DNA from: an uncultured Bacilli bacterium
Lineage (GTDB): Bacteria; Bacillota_I; Bacilli_A; RF39; UBA660
Direction: 5' to 3'
NCBI GenBank assembly: GCA_947628585.1
Contig: CANRAL010000001.1
Location: 3,154 to 67,153, forward strand
DNA length: 64,000 bases
Below are positions 35,058 through 45,088 of the stretch, piece by piece. Position 1 is the stretch's first letter. Every line of letters starts with the position of its first letter. The notes under the pieces were generated by a model. The model was not told the origin of the DNA and searched no databases. It was given only the letters and a program-made list of their open reading frames with translations. The translations under genes and the position numbers were made by a program.

Positions 35058-36311
35058 TTATCTTTTGGGAACTTCATCATCTGAATAAAAAGTAAAATCG
35101 TCCATTGACTCAACTTTTATGGGTTCACTATTAAATTTTATTTTTCCAAATTTTTCTTCAAGTTCATCCAATTCTTGATTTATGGCACTTTGTATTTTTT
35201 GTTGTTTTTGTTCCCATTCTAATTTATCTATTTGTTCTTTTTTTTCTTTGATAATATCATTTAAATAGTTATCAATAATATTATCAATTTCATTTATGGA
35301 AAAAACACTTCCAATTTCAAAAGCTTTTGTGCGAGCTTCTTGTAAAAAAAACATAAGACTATTTTGATTTTCAAAAGTCATTTCTTTTATCTGAATTTTA
35401 GTCTTTTCTAAATAAGCTTTTAATAAAAATATTTCAATGCCTTTTAAACAATTATCCATTTTTTCTTTTAAACTTAGATCATCTTTATATGTTTCCCAAA
35501 GATCCATATTTTGAAGAAATTGTCTAATATTTTCCCCTGTTTGATACTTAGTTAATTCATTAATTAATCCTTTTAAATTAGCTTGTAAATATAAGCTTTG
35601 CATTAAATCTTTGCCTATAATATCTTCAAGTATTTTGGCATATTTTTTTTCATGTATATAACTTCTAGATTCATTAATATTAGAATAGCGATTTGCTAAA
35701 ACCTCGGTATAACCTTCGTTTAATCCTATTCCTATATCTAAATCTTTTCCTTTTTGGCGAAAACCTATATATGAAATATCTTGATCTTTTTCATAATATG
35801 AACTAGCCATATGAAATAATTCGTGAATAATAGTATTGCTATTAAAATCTTTAATAAAAGTTATTTTATTATCTTTAGCAGTGTAATAAGCAAGTGTATT
35901 ATCTTTTTTATCCTCTATTTTTTGAAAATCTAGCGATTCAATATTTCTAAAAAAGAACGTTAAATCTTTAGGTTTAAAATTTTTCTCTAAAATTTCTAAA
36001 AATTTATCAATTTCTTTTTGCATAGTTTCTTCGTATTTATTATGAATTTGTTCCGTACCTAAAAAATCTATTGATAATTCAGGAGGCATTTTTACTTTTT
36101 TAATATTTTTAGGTATAAAATCTCGTCGAAAATAAACATTATTAAAAATCATCTCAGTAACATAGGAAGGTAAAATAAAGTATATATCATATAATTTTTT
36201 GAAAAATTTAGGTAAATTTCTCTTAAGAAGAGGATTTTTCATTTCCGCATAGCTTTGAAAATCTTTTTTAAATTGATCAAAATAATCTTTATCCATTTTT
36301 ATGCTTTCCAT
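35058..36311 (-). CDS. putative zinc metallopeptidase-like protein (HExxH)
   Basis: HELFH at 35811..35825 with downstream GLNEGYTE. No signal peptide. GAAGGAAAG RBS. Confidence 0.45.
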   Translation of the reverse strand: MESIKMDKDYFDQFKKDFQSYAEMKNPLLKRNLPKFFKKLYDIYFILPSYVTEMIFNNVYFRRDFIPKNIKKVKMPPELSIDFLGTEQIHNKYEETMQKEIDKFLEILEKNFKPKDLTFFFRNIESLDFQKIEDKKDNTLAYYTAKDNKITFIKDFNSNTIIHELFHMASSYYEKDQDISYIGFRQKGKDLDIGIGLNEGYTEVLANRYSNINESRSYIHEKKYAKILEDIIGKDLMQSLYLQANLKGLINELTKYQTGENIRQFLQNMDLWETYKDDLSLKEKMDNCLKGIEIFLLKAYLEKTKIQIKEMTFENQNSLMFFLQEARTKAFEIGSVFSINEIDNIIDNYLNDIIKEKKEQIDKLEWEQKQQKIQSAINQELDELEEKFGKIKFNSEPIKVESMDDFTFYSDDEVPKR

Positions 36312-36435
36312 ATTATTTAACTTTCCTTCTTAATAATATTATACATTAATAATTAAATATTTTAAAAAAATAATAAAGGTAAAATGTAAAATGGTGTTTT
36401 TGGGTAATTTAATAATCAAAAATAGTTTTTATATA

Positions 36436-36464
36436 TTGACAACTGTGTATATACTGTATATAAT
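36436..36464 (+). promoter_or_regulatory. consensus sigmaA promoter with palindromic operator (YtrA-type)
   Basis: TTGACA, 17 nt spacer, TATAAT exactly. The spacer contains the GTATATAC palindrome, with a related TATATATAC just downstream. Confidence 0.7.
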
Positions 36465-36486
36465 TATATATACAAAGAGGTGAACA

Positions 36487-36861
36487 ATGGATATAATTAT
36501 CAGTAATAATAGTAATGTACCTATATATGAGCAAATAAAGGAACAATTTAAAAGTAAAATAATTGCTGGAGAATTATCCACGGGTGAATTGTTACCTTCA
36601 ATTAGGGTTTTAGCTAAAGATTTAAGATGTAGTGTTATAACTACTAAAAATGCCTACGAAGAATTAGAAAAAGAAGGTTTTGTTAAAACCATACCGGCGA
36701 AAGGAGTATATGTTAGCAAAATTAATAAGGAAATTGCTAAGGAAGAACAATTAAAGAAAATTGAAAAAATGCTCGAAGATGTAGTTATTTTAGCTAAAAT
36801 AAACAAAATAAATAAAAAAGAATTAAATACTATTTTAAGTATTATATATGAGGAGAGATAA
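36487..36861 (+). CDS. GntR-family (YtrA subfamily) transcriptional regulator
   Basis: PIYEQIKEQFKSKIIAGEL..GELLPSIRVLAKDLRCSVITTKNAYEELEKEGFV; short, YtrA-like length. Confidence 0.85.
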   Translation: MDIIISNNSNVPIYEQIKEQFKSKIIAGELSTGELLPSIRVLAKDLRCSVITTKNAYEELEKEGFVKTIPAKGVYVSKINKEIAKEEQLKKIEKMLEDVVILAKINKINKKELNTILSIIYEER

Positions 36862-37703
36862 TGAAAAAAGCTATAGAAGTAAAAAATTTAACTAAAGAAT
36901 ATAAAGATTTTAAATTAGATAATATTAGTTTTACCTTACCAGTTGGAACTATAATGGGATTTATTGGAGAAAATGGTGCTGGAAAGACAACTACAATTAA
37001 GTCTATATTAGATATTATAAAATATGATGGTGAAATAAAACTAATGGATAAAGATAATAAAAATGAAGCTTTAAAAGACATTGGAGTTGTTTTAGATGAT
37101 GCCTTTTTCCCTGAAATATTAAATGCTAAAGATATTAATACAATTATGAAAAGTACATATCAAAATTGGGATAGTAAATTATATTTTAAATATTTAAATG
37201 ATTTTAAAATTCCTTCAAAAAAACAAATTAAACAGCTTTCTAAAGGTATGCATAAAAAATTAGAAATTGCAGTAGCTTTAGCGCATCATCCCAAATTACT
37301 TATTTTAGATGAACCAACAACGGGATTAGATCCGGTAGCTCGAAGTGAAATTTTAGAAATATTTCAAAATTTTATGGTTGATCCTGAATGTTCTATTTTT
37401 ATATCTAGTCATATTACTAGTGATTTAGAACATATCGCGGATTATATTGTTTTCATTAATGAAGGAAAAATTTTATTAAATGAAAAATGTCATGTTTTAT
37501 TAGAAGAATATGGCATAGTAAAATGTAAAAAAGAAGAATTAGAAAATATTGCTAAAGAAGATTATATAAGGGTTCGAAAATATCGTTATGATTATGAATT
37601 ATTGATTAAAAATAAAAAAGAATTTAAGAAAAAATATAATTCCGAAGTAATTGATAAAATATCATTAGAAGAATTAATGGTATTAATGTTAAAAGGAGAA
37701 TAA
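36861..37703 (+). CDS. ABC transporter ATP-binding protein (ABC-2 type)
   Basis: GENGAGKTT, LSKGMHKKLEIAVAL and LILDEPTTGLDP. Confidence 0.9.
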   Translation: MKKAIEVKNLTKEYKDFKLDNISFTLPVGTIMGFIGENGAGKTTTIKSILDIIKYDGEIKLMDKDNKNEALKDIGVVLDDAFFPEILNAKDINTIMKSTYQNWDSKLYFKYLNDFKIPSKKQIKQLSKGMHKKLEIAVALAHHPKLLILDEPTTGLDPVARSEILEIFQNFMVDPECSIFISSHITSDLEHIADYIVFINEGKILLNEKCHVLLEEYGIVKCKKEELENIAKEDYIRVRKYRYDYELLIKNKKEFKKKYNSEVIDKISLEELMVLMLKGE

Positions 37704-37704
37704 A

Positions 37705-38325
37705 ATGTTAGGATTTATTAAAAAAGATTTATTAATTGTGAAAGGTAATCTTAAAACCTTTTTACTAATATTTGTTTTTTATGCTTTTTTAGCATATACA
37801 GGTGATGTAGATATAACTTTTATATTACCATTTTTAAGTGTAATGGTAATGATGTCTAGTTTTAGTTATGATGCTTATAATAAATGGGATAGTTATGCTT
37901 TAAGTATACCTAAGGGGAGAGAAAATATTGTTAAAGCAAAATATTTAGTTACCTTGATTTTAATTACTATTACTTCTCTTTTAGTATTATTTTTATTTAT
38001 ATTTTTATCTTATATTAAAAAAGAACCTTTAGATTTAGATATGGTTTTTAGTACTTTTATAGGAAATATAATTGGTACAGTATTAGTAGAATGCGTAATG
38101 TATCCGATTATATTTAAATGGGGAATTGAAAAAGCTCGAATTGCCATATTTGCTTTGGTTATTATATTTGTTGTTACTTTAGGATTTTTAATATCTAAAG
38201 TAGATACTATTAATTTAAATTTAGTTTTTAATTATCTTTTTAAATACTGGTATATATTTACTATTTTAATTTTATTAATGTCATTAGCTTTGTCTATTCA
38301 TATTTATCGTAAAAAAGAATTTTAA
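37705..38325 (+). CDS. ABC-2 family transporter permease
   Basis: Six predicted TM helices, immediately downstream of the ATPase. Confidence 0.7.
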   Translation: MLGFIKKDLLIVKGNLKTFLLIFVFYAFLAYTGDVDITFILPFLSVMVMMSSFSYDAYNKWDSYALSIPKGRENIVKAKYLVTLILITITSLLVLFLFIFLSYIKKEPLDLDMVFSTFIGNIIGTVLVECVMYPIIFKWGIEKARIAIFALVIIFVVTLGFLISKVDTINLNLVFNYLFKYWYIFTILILLMSLALSIHIYRKKEF

Positions 38326-38354
38326 TGTAACTTATTTGTAACTTTAGTTATAAT
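38326..38354 (+). promoter_or_regulatory. candidate response-regulator-dependent promoter (direct repeats plus -10)
   Basis: TGTAACTT at 38326 and 38337 (11-bp periodicity) overlapping a weak -35. TATAAT at 38349. Confidence 0.4.
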
Positions 38355-38376
38355 ATAATTTAACTAGAGGTGAAAA

Positions 38377-39048
38377 ATGGAAATATTAAGAGTAGAAAAT
38401 CTAACGAAAATATATGGTAAAGATACTACTAAAGTAGTAGCTTTAGATAATGTATCTTTTACGGTAGAAAAAGGAGAATTCGTTGCTATTGTTGGTGCTA
38501 GTGGTTCGGGAAAATCAACACTATTACATTTAATCGGAGGAGTAGATAGACCAACAAGTGGTAAAGTATTTATTGATGGTAATGATATTTTTAGTTTCGA
38601 TGATGATAAATTAGCTATATTTCGGCGAAGACAAGTAGGTTTAATATATCAATTTTATAATTTAATACCTATTTTAAATGTGGAAGAAAACATAACTTTA
38701 CCTTTAGCCCTTGATAATAGAGTAGTAAAATCAGAAAAAATAAATGAAATGTTAAAACTCTTAGGTTTAGAAAATAGAAAAAATCATTTACCTAATGAAT
38801 TATCGGGTGGACAACAACAAAAAACTAGTATTGGTCGAGCTTTAATAACGAATCCTACTTTAATTCTCGCGGATGAACCAACGGGAAACCTTGATAGTAA
38901 ATCTAGTGATGAAATTGTTGCCTTACTTAAAAAATCTAATAAAGAATTAAAACAAACTATTATTATGATTACGCATAATTTAGAAATTGCTAAAGTAGCT
39001 GACCGAATTATTAAAATCGAAGATGGTAAAATCGTAGGTGAAAACTAA
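38377..39048 (+). CDS. ABC transporter ATP-binding protein (MacB/BceA-like)
   Basis: GASGSGKST, FRRRQVGLIYQFYNL, LSGGQQQKTSIGRAL and ILADEPTGNLD. Confidence 0.9.
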   Translation: MEILRVENLTKIYGKDTTKVVALDNVSFTVEKGEFVAIVGASGSGKSTLLHLIGGVDRPTSGKVFIDGNDIFSFDDDKLAIFRRRQVGLIYQFYNLIPILNVEENITLPLALDNRVVKSEKINEMLKLLGLENRKNHLPNELSGGQQQKTSIGRALITNPTLILADEPTGNLDSKSSDEIVALLKKSNKELKQTIIMITHNLEIAKVADRIIKIEDGKIVGEN

Positions 39049-41648
39049 TGAGTTTACTAAATAAATTAACAATTAAAAATTTAAAATTAAATAAAAAAAG
39101 AACAATTGTAACTATCATTGGAATTATCTTATCGGTTGCTTTAGTAACTGCTGTAGCTAGTATGTATTCTAGTTTAATTGCTTCCTTAATTAAATATGAA
39201 ACACAAGAAAAAGGAAATTTTCATGTTGCATTTTATGATGTAAAGATAGCGGATTTAAATTTATTTCAAAATAATCGGGAAATTGAAAAATATTATCTTA
39301 CCCAAAATATTGGTTATGCTTTAATTAATAGTAAAAATGAAAATAAGCCTTATGTTTATGTTAAGGCATTTACGGATGAAGCCATCAGTAATTTAGCGGT
39401 TAATCTTGTAGAAGGTAAACTTCCTGAAAAAGAAGATGAAATAGTTATTCCAACTCATTTAAAAACAAATGGGCGGGTAGATTTAAAAGTTGGCGATAAA
39501 ATAACTTTAGAAGTTGGTACGAGGGTTGATAGTAATGGTAATGTTCTATCTCAATTAAATGGTTTTATTGGCTTTGATGAAAAATTAATTGCTACTAAAA
39601 GTATAACTTATACTATTGTTGGTATTATTAATCGCCCGGCGAATAGTGTTGAGCCTTATTCAGCACCAGGTTATACATTTATTACTAAATTAGATAGTAA
39701 TAATTTAAATTCCAAAGTCGATGTATTTGTAAGATATACTAAAAAAGGTTTAAAAAATGCCAATAATCTAACGGCAGGAATTTTAGAAGTTGATCCGGAC
39801 TGTTATCAAGTATCTATAACCGGAGAAAGCAATAGAAATATTCCTATGGAAAAAGTAAATGAAGAAATGGCTCATAAAAAATATGAATTTAACACCAATA
39901 AATACTTAATTGATTTAGAAATTAATCCTTTTCAAAATGAATCTTTAATTTCTCTGGGAGGCGTTATTGTTGTAGTATGTTTAATTATTGTCGTAACTTC
40001 GGTATTTTGCATAAAAAATAGTTTTGATATTTCTATAACTGAAAAAATAAAGCAATATGGAATGCTTAAAAGTATAGGCGCTACTAAAAAGCAAATCAAG
40101 AAAAATGTCTTTTTTGAAGCAACTATATTAGGATTAATCGGTATTCCTTTAGGCTTATTAAGTGGCATATTGGCATCTTTCATTTTGATAATTGTTAGTA
40201 ATATTTTCTTAGGTGACGCTATGGCCGAAAATTTAGTTTTAATTTTTTCTTTAAATATTTATTGTTTAATAATCGCGGTACTGCTTGGAGTTATAACTTT
40301 ATATTTCTCGGCTTTTCGTTCCGCCCATCGAGCTAGTAAGATTTCTCCTATTGAATCTATTCGCAATAGTGCTAATTTAAAAATAAATAACAAAAAGATT
40401 AAAACTAATAAATTAATTCATAAATTATTTGGCATCGGAGGAGATATTTCGTCTAAAAATTTAAAAAGGAATAAAAGAAAATATCGCACTACAGTAATTT
40501 CTATTATTGTTTCATCCTCCGTTTTTATTGCTTTATATTCTTTTATGTCTTTAGCTTTTGACTCTGTTAAATTAGAATTAGGAACTTATAATTATGATAT
40601 CGTTTTACAATTAAAAGAAACAAAAGAAAATATGGAAAAAGTTAAAGAGACAACATATTTAGATAATATAACTAATTATGCTATTCAAAAAAATATTAGT
40701 TTAACAATTAATAAACCTAAGCTAAGTAAAGAATACTTAGAAATATTCCCAAATTATGAAGACGAATCTTTCTTACAAGTTTATGCAATAAGTGATAATG
40801 AATATATTAATTATTTAAAAGAATTAGGTTTAGATTATGAAAATACTAAAGATAAAGGTATTTTAATTGATAATAGTTTTATAAATCATTATAATAAAAA
40901 GAAAGATAAGGTAGAAAATATATTTATTTCTAATTATGATTATCAAGAACATGATATTATAAGTGGCGTCTTAAGTAATGATACTAATATTGATATTGAA
41001 ATAGCTAAGTTAACCGAAAAAATGCCATTTCCCCATAGTATTTTATATAACCCAACTTTAATTATTAGTGATGAACTATATTATGATAAGATAAACCCTA
41101 ATTTTAATAATAATAGTTATGCTACTATATTTTATAAATCCAACAATGCTATTAAATTACAAGATGATATCGAAAAAACTTTAAATGGCTTAGATTATAG
41201 CTTAAATAATATTGAGGAACAAGCTAATATGATGAATAATATATTTATTTTAATAGGTATTTTCTTATATGGTTTTATTATTGTTATTTCTTTAATTGGG
41301 GTTACTAATATCTTTAATACGATAACAACTAATATGGAATTAAGAAAACCGGAATTTGCTATGTTAAAGTCAATTGGGATGACCAATAAAGAATTTAAAA
41401 AAATGATTCGGTTAGAAAGTATTTTCATGGGAGTAAAATCTTTAATTATTGGTATTCCTATTGGTATTTTACTATCATACATAATATATTATTTATTTAA
41501 TTATCCCGACAATTATAAATTACCAATTATAGCAATTATCATAACTATTGTAGCTGTTTATTTATTAATTACCTTAATTATGCATTATTCTTTAAAGAAA
41601 ATTAATAAACAAAATACGATTGAAACAATTCGTAATGAAAATATATAA
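39048..41648 (+). CDS. FtsX-family ABC transporter permease (two FtsX modules)
   Basis: Two FtsX-type TM bundles (KQYGMLKSIGATKKQI and FAMLKSIGMTNKEF) with large extracellular domains. Confidence 0.85.
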   Translation: MSLLNKLTIKNLKLNKKRTIVTIIGIILSVALVTAVASMYSSLIASLIKYETQEKGNFHVAFYDVKIADLNLFQNNREIEKYYLTQNIGYALINSKNENKPYVYVKAFTDEAISNLAVNLVEGKLPEKEDEIVIPTHLKTNGRVDLKVGDKITLEVGTRVDSNGNVLSQLNGFIGFDEKLIATKSITYTIVGIINRPANSVEPYSAPGYTFITKLDSNNLNSKVDVFVRYTKKGLKNANNLTAGILEVDPDCYQVSITGESNRNIPMEKVNEEMAHKKYEFNTNKYLIDLEINPFQNESLISLGGVIVVVCLIIVVTSVFCIKNSFDISITEKIKQYGMLKSIGATKKQIKKNVFFEATILGLIGIPLGLLSGILASFILIIVSNIFLGDAMAENLVLIFSLNIYCLIIAVLLGVITLYFSAFRSAHRASKISPIESIRNSANLKINNKKIKTNKLIHKLFGIGGDISSKNLKRNKRKYRTTVISIIVSSSVFIALYSFMSLAFDSVKLELGTYNYDIVLQLKETKENMEKVKETTYLDNITNYAIQKNISLTINKPKLSKEYLEIFPNYEDESFLQVYAISDNEYINYLKELGLDYENTKDKGILIDNSFINHYNKKKDKVENIFISNYDYQEHDIISGVLSNDTNIDIEIAKLTEKMPFPHSILYNPTLIISDELYYDKINPNFNNNSYATIFYKSNNAIKLQDDIEKTLNGLDYSLNNIEEQANMMNNIFILIGIFLYGFIIVISLIGVTNIFNTITTNMELRKPEFAMLKSIGMTNKEFKKMIRLESIFMGVKSLIIGIPIGILLSYIIYYLFNYPDNYKLPIIAIIITIVAVYLLITLIMHYSLKKINKQNTIETIRNENI

Positions 41649-41678
41649 AAATTATGATATAATGCTTTGGGAGGTTAT

Positions 41679-42122
41679 ATGGAAAATTTATTTAGTGATA
41701 TACCTAAGGCAGATTTAAGAATATATGGAGTTGATAATTTTTCTTCAGGAATATATTTTTTAAATGAAGTTGATTTATATCATGCAATAGCCAATTACGA
41801 AATTCCTTTTTGGAGTAATATCATTGTTTTAGAATATTACCAAGAATACGCCGGCAGAAAAGATGTTATCAAAAAGATCGATAAAGAAGGTAAGATGGGA
41901 ATTTATGCTATAGAATCAACTAATGAATTAAGAATCTTAGATATTCCCGCGAGTTTAGAAGTAAAATCTTACGTTTGGAAAATTATTCCTGGTAATTTAA
42001 AAAAGGAATATGGTGTTTTAAGAAATCTTGGTATTACCTTTACTCATGATTTATATCAAGAGGAAGAAAAATTACAAGAACTTCAAAGAAAAAAATTATA
42101 TAAAGAAACTTTTAAAAATTAA
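41679..42122 (+). CDS. hypothetical protein
   Basis: ORF 41667..42122. ATG 41679 follows GGGAGG. Soluble, no motifs recognised. Confidence 0.55.
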   Translation: MENLFSDIPKADLRIYGVDNFSSGIYFLNEVDLYHAIANYEIPFWSNIIVLEYYQEYAGRKDVIKKIDKEGKMGIYAIESTNELRILDIPASLEVKSYVWKIIPGNLKKEYGVLRNLGITFTHDLYQEEEKLQELQRKKLYKETFKN

Positions 42123-42146
42123 AGTTTCTTTTTTAAAGAGGCGCAA

Positions 42147-42800
42147 ATGAAAATTTTATTAATAGAAGATAATTTAACAATAGCTAAAGGTTTACTTTAT
42201 TCTTTTAAACAAAATAATTATGAACTTATTCATACATCTAATTTAAAGAAAGCTTATACTTATTTAACTAATACAATAGTTAATTTAATTATTTTAGATA
42301 TAACTTTACCTGATGGAAATGGTTTTAATTTTTATAAGGATTTTATTAAAAATAAAAATATTCCAACTATCTTTTTAACCGCGAAAGATGAAGAAGATGA
42401 CATTGTTAGAGGTTTAGAAATAGGTGCTGAAGATTACATAACTAAACCATTTAGTACTAAAGAACTTTTAGCTCGAGTTAATAAAATAATTCTAAGGGAA
42501 AAGAAAAATAATTTAATTACCGTTCAAGATATAACCTTTGATATGGCTAAAATGGTAGTTTTAAAAAATAAAAAAGAAATCGATTTAACTCCTTTAGAAA
42601 AGAAAATATTAATGTTATTATTTTTAAATTTAAATAAAGTAGTAACTCGAAATGCTATTTTAGATAATATTTGGGATATTACGGGTAATGATGTTGATAA
42701 TCACACAGTTACTGTTTATATTAAAAGAATAAGAGAAAAATTAAAAAGTGATATTATTAAAACTATTAAAGGAATAGGCTATGAAATCAATGAAGAATAA
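42147..42800 (+). CDS. OmpR-family response regulator
   Basis: Receiver domain (ILDITLPDGNG, phospho-acceptor Asp) plus a winged-helix C-terminus (VYIKRIREKL...IKGIGYE). Confidence 0.9.
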   Translation: MKILLIEDNLTIAKGLLYSFKQNNYELIHTSNLKKAYTYLTNTIVNLIILDITLPDGNGFNFYKDFIKNKNIPTIFLTAKDEEDDIVRGLEIGAEDYITKPFSTKELLARVNKIILREKKNNLITVQDITFDMAKMVVLKNKKEIDLTPLEKKILMLLFLNLNKVVTRNAILDNIWDITGNDVDNHTVTVYIKRIREKLKSDIIKTIKGIGYEINEE

Positions 42801-43998
42801 TATTAAACTAAAAAAGTGTTTAACTAAAGTATTTTTTCTATCTATTATTTTGTTAACATTATTTATTATTTTAAATATATTAGAATATAATTATTTAAAA
42901 AATAATAATAATCAAAAAATAATGGAAATATTAAGTGTAGTTAAAGAAAATTATCCTTTAATAACGGATGAGGAGTTATTAAAGATTTTAAATCGTAAAA
43001 GTAATACCCAAATTAATTTAAATAAATATGGTATCAATATTTTAAAAGATGATATTACAATTACTAATATTTATTCTTATCCTTATATTTTAATAATTAA
43101 TACTTTATATTTAATTATAAGTATAAGTCTTATTTTATATTTAATATTAAAGTATATTAAATATAAAAATAAGGAATTAAGAGATATTACTGATTATCTT
43201 GAAGAAATTAATAATCAAAATTATAGTTTAAAAATGGATAGTTTAAGTGAAGATGAATTATCTATTTTAAAAAATGAATTATATAAAGTAACAATTTGTT
43301 TAAAAGAAAATGCTTTAAATAATGAAAATGATAAATTAAATTTAAAGACTTCTTTAGAGGATATTTCTCATCAATTAAAAACACCGTTAACTAGTATTTT
43401 AATTATGCTTGATAATATTTTAGAAAATGAAAATATGGCGAAAAATCAAAGAAAAGAATTTCTAAAAGATATAAAAAGAGAAGTATTAAATATAAATTTT
43501 TTAGTTCAAAATTTATTAAAATTAGCTAAATTTGATGTAAATACCATAACTTTTACTAAAGAAAATATATTTTTAAAGGATATTATTGAAAAAACAATTA
43601 AAAAGGTAGCTTTTTTAAGTGATTTAAAAAATATTAATATAGTTATAAAAAAGGATAATGAAGCTAAGATAATAGGAGATATGAATTGGGAAATTGAAGC
43701 CTTAACTAATGTTTTAAAAAATTGCTTAGAGTATTCGCCTATGAATAGTAAAATAGATATTAAATATGGGGAAAATAAAGTTTATAGTTATATTTTTATA
43801 ACGGATTATGGTCAAGAAATAAAAAAAGAAGATATAAAACATATATTTGAAAGGTTTTATCAAGGAGAAAATAAAAGTAATAATAATGTAGGTATAGGTT
43901 TAGAACTTGCTAAAAAAATAATAAATAAAGATGCGGGAACAATTGATGTAATATCTAGTAAAAAAGAAACTACTTTTAGCATTAAATATTATAAATAA
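42781..43998 (+). CDS. sensor histidine kinase
   Basis: Two TM helices, H-box EDISHQLKTPLTSI, N box and G box (GIGLELAKKI). Overlaps the regulator gene. Confidence 0.85.
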   Translation: MKSMKNNIKLKKCLTKVFFLSIILLTLFIILNILEYNYLKNNNNQKIMEILSVVKENYPLITDEELLKILNRKSNTQINLNKYGINILKDDITITNIYSYPYILIINTLYLIISISLILYLILKYIKYKNKELRDITDYLEEINNQNYSLKMDSLSEDELSILKNELYKVTICLKENALNNENDKLNLKTSLEDISHQLKTPLTSILIMLDNILENENMAKNQRKEFLKDIKREVLNINFLVQNLLKLAKFDVNTITFTKENIFLKDIIEKTIKKVAFLSDLKNINIVIKKDNEAKIIGDMNWEIEALTNVLKNCLEYSPMNSKIDIKYGENKVYSYIFITDYGQEIKKEDIKHIFERFYQGENKSNNNVGIGLELAKKIINKDAGTIDVISSKKETTFSIKYYK

Positions 43999-44064
43999 TT
44001 TAATTTATTTGACTAATATTTAAAAATATTATAAAATAATTTTTGCTAAAAAAGGAGATAACTT

Positions 44065-44511
44065 ATGGAAAAAGTATTTGATTTTGTCGAAGGATATTTT
44101 AATGATGAAAAAAAGGTAAAAACAATAGTATATACAGATGGATTAATATTAGATATTAAAGAATCAGAAAAAATTCCTGCCGATTCTATATATATAGATA
44201 GTGTTTTATATGAAGGCAAAATTAATAATATTAAAGTTAAACAAGTATTAATTAAAGATGCAAATTATGTTTTAACTATTACGGCCGTAGAAGAAATAAT
44301 TAATAATAAACATTTTTATAAAATAAAAAAATATGAAACATATTATTATGTTACAGATTTAAGCGTTATTAGGGAAGTTAATAAAACATTAGATATGGTG
44401 GCAAGTGATTTAGATATAATTGATAAATTTTATATTCCTAATAATGTTTATTATGAAGATTCTGCAAAAGAAGTATATTCATTAAAGAGAGTAAAAGATG
44501 GAAATAGATAG
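44065..44511 (+). CDS. hypothetical protein
   Basis: AGGAG RBS. No motifs recognised. Confidence 0.55.
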   Translation: MEKVFDFVEGYFNDEKKVKTIVYTDGLILDIKESEKIPADSIYIDSVLYEGKINNIKVKQVLIKDANYVLTITAVEEIINNKHFYKIKKYETYYYVTDLSVIREVNKTLDMVASDLDIIDKFYIPNNVYYEDSAKEVYSLKRVKDGNR

Positions 44512-45088
44512 TATTGTAAAAGATATTAAAGATGGTTTAATTATAATAATGCCAACTGATACTACTTATGGTATTGTTTGTGATGCTACTAATTTAGAAG
44601 CTGTAAAAAGAGTTTATGAAATAAAAAAAAGAGATTTTAGTAAACCTCTAATAATATTAGTAAGTGATTATAATATGTTAAATGATTATGCTTTTATCAA
44701 TACGGATTTAGAAAAAGAAATTATTCATAAATATTGGCCGGGACCATTAAGTATTTTATTTAAGAAAAAAGATAGTATTAGTGATTTAGTAACTGCGAAT
44801 AGTCCTATGGTTGCTGTAAGAATTCCTCTTGATAATGGATTAAGAGATATTATTAAAAAAGTTAATAAACCAATTATTGCTAGTAGTGCTAATATATCTG
44901 GTAGTGATGTAATAACAAATATAAAAGAAATAGAAAAAGATTTATTAGCTAGTATTGATAAAGTTTATGATGGAGGTAAAATTAATTGTTTACCTTCAAC
45001 TTTAATTAAAATTACTAACAATAATATTGTAATTTTAAGAGATGGTTTATTAAGTGAAAAAATTAAAAAAGATTATAAGTTAAATTAG
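44498..45088 (+). CDS. tsaC: L-threonylcarbamoyladenylate synthase (YrdC-domain, TsaC type)
   Basis: PTDTTYGIVCDA, KPLIILV, WPGPLSIL, VAVRIP and PIIASSANISG. Confidence 0.85.
   Translation: MEIDSIVKDIKDGLIIIMPTDTTYGIVCDATNLEAVKRVYEIKKRDFSKPLIILVSDYNMLNDYAFINTDLEKEIIHKYWPGPLSILFKKKDSISDLVTANSPMVAVRIPLDNGLRDIIKKVNKPIIASSANISGSDVITNIKEIEKDLLASIDKVYDGGKINCLPSTLIKITNNNIVILRDGLLSEKIKKDYKLN

Noticed and set aside
2282-41482. Other nested antisense or alternate-frame track ORFs: 2282..2536, 3522..3713, 8191..8649, 10165..10422, 11142..11387, 16700..16891, 20534..20755, 23695..23985, 30232..30447, 36842..37081, 39932..40183, 41195..41482. Beyond this range: 52951..53199, 53432..53614, 53797..53997, 58568..58795, 60450..60668, 62435..62620
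   Set aside because: Each lies within or against a longer ORF that has recognisable family motifs. They lack Shine-Dalgarno sequences and have hydrophobic or low-complexity composition expected from AT-rich antisense frames.
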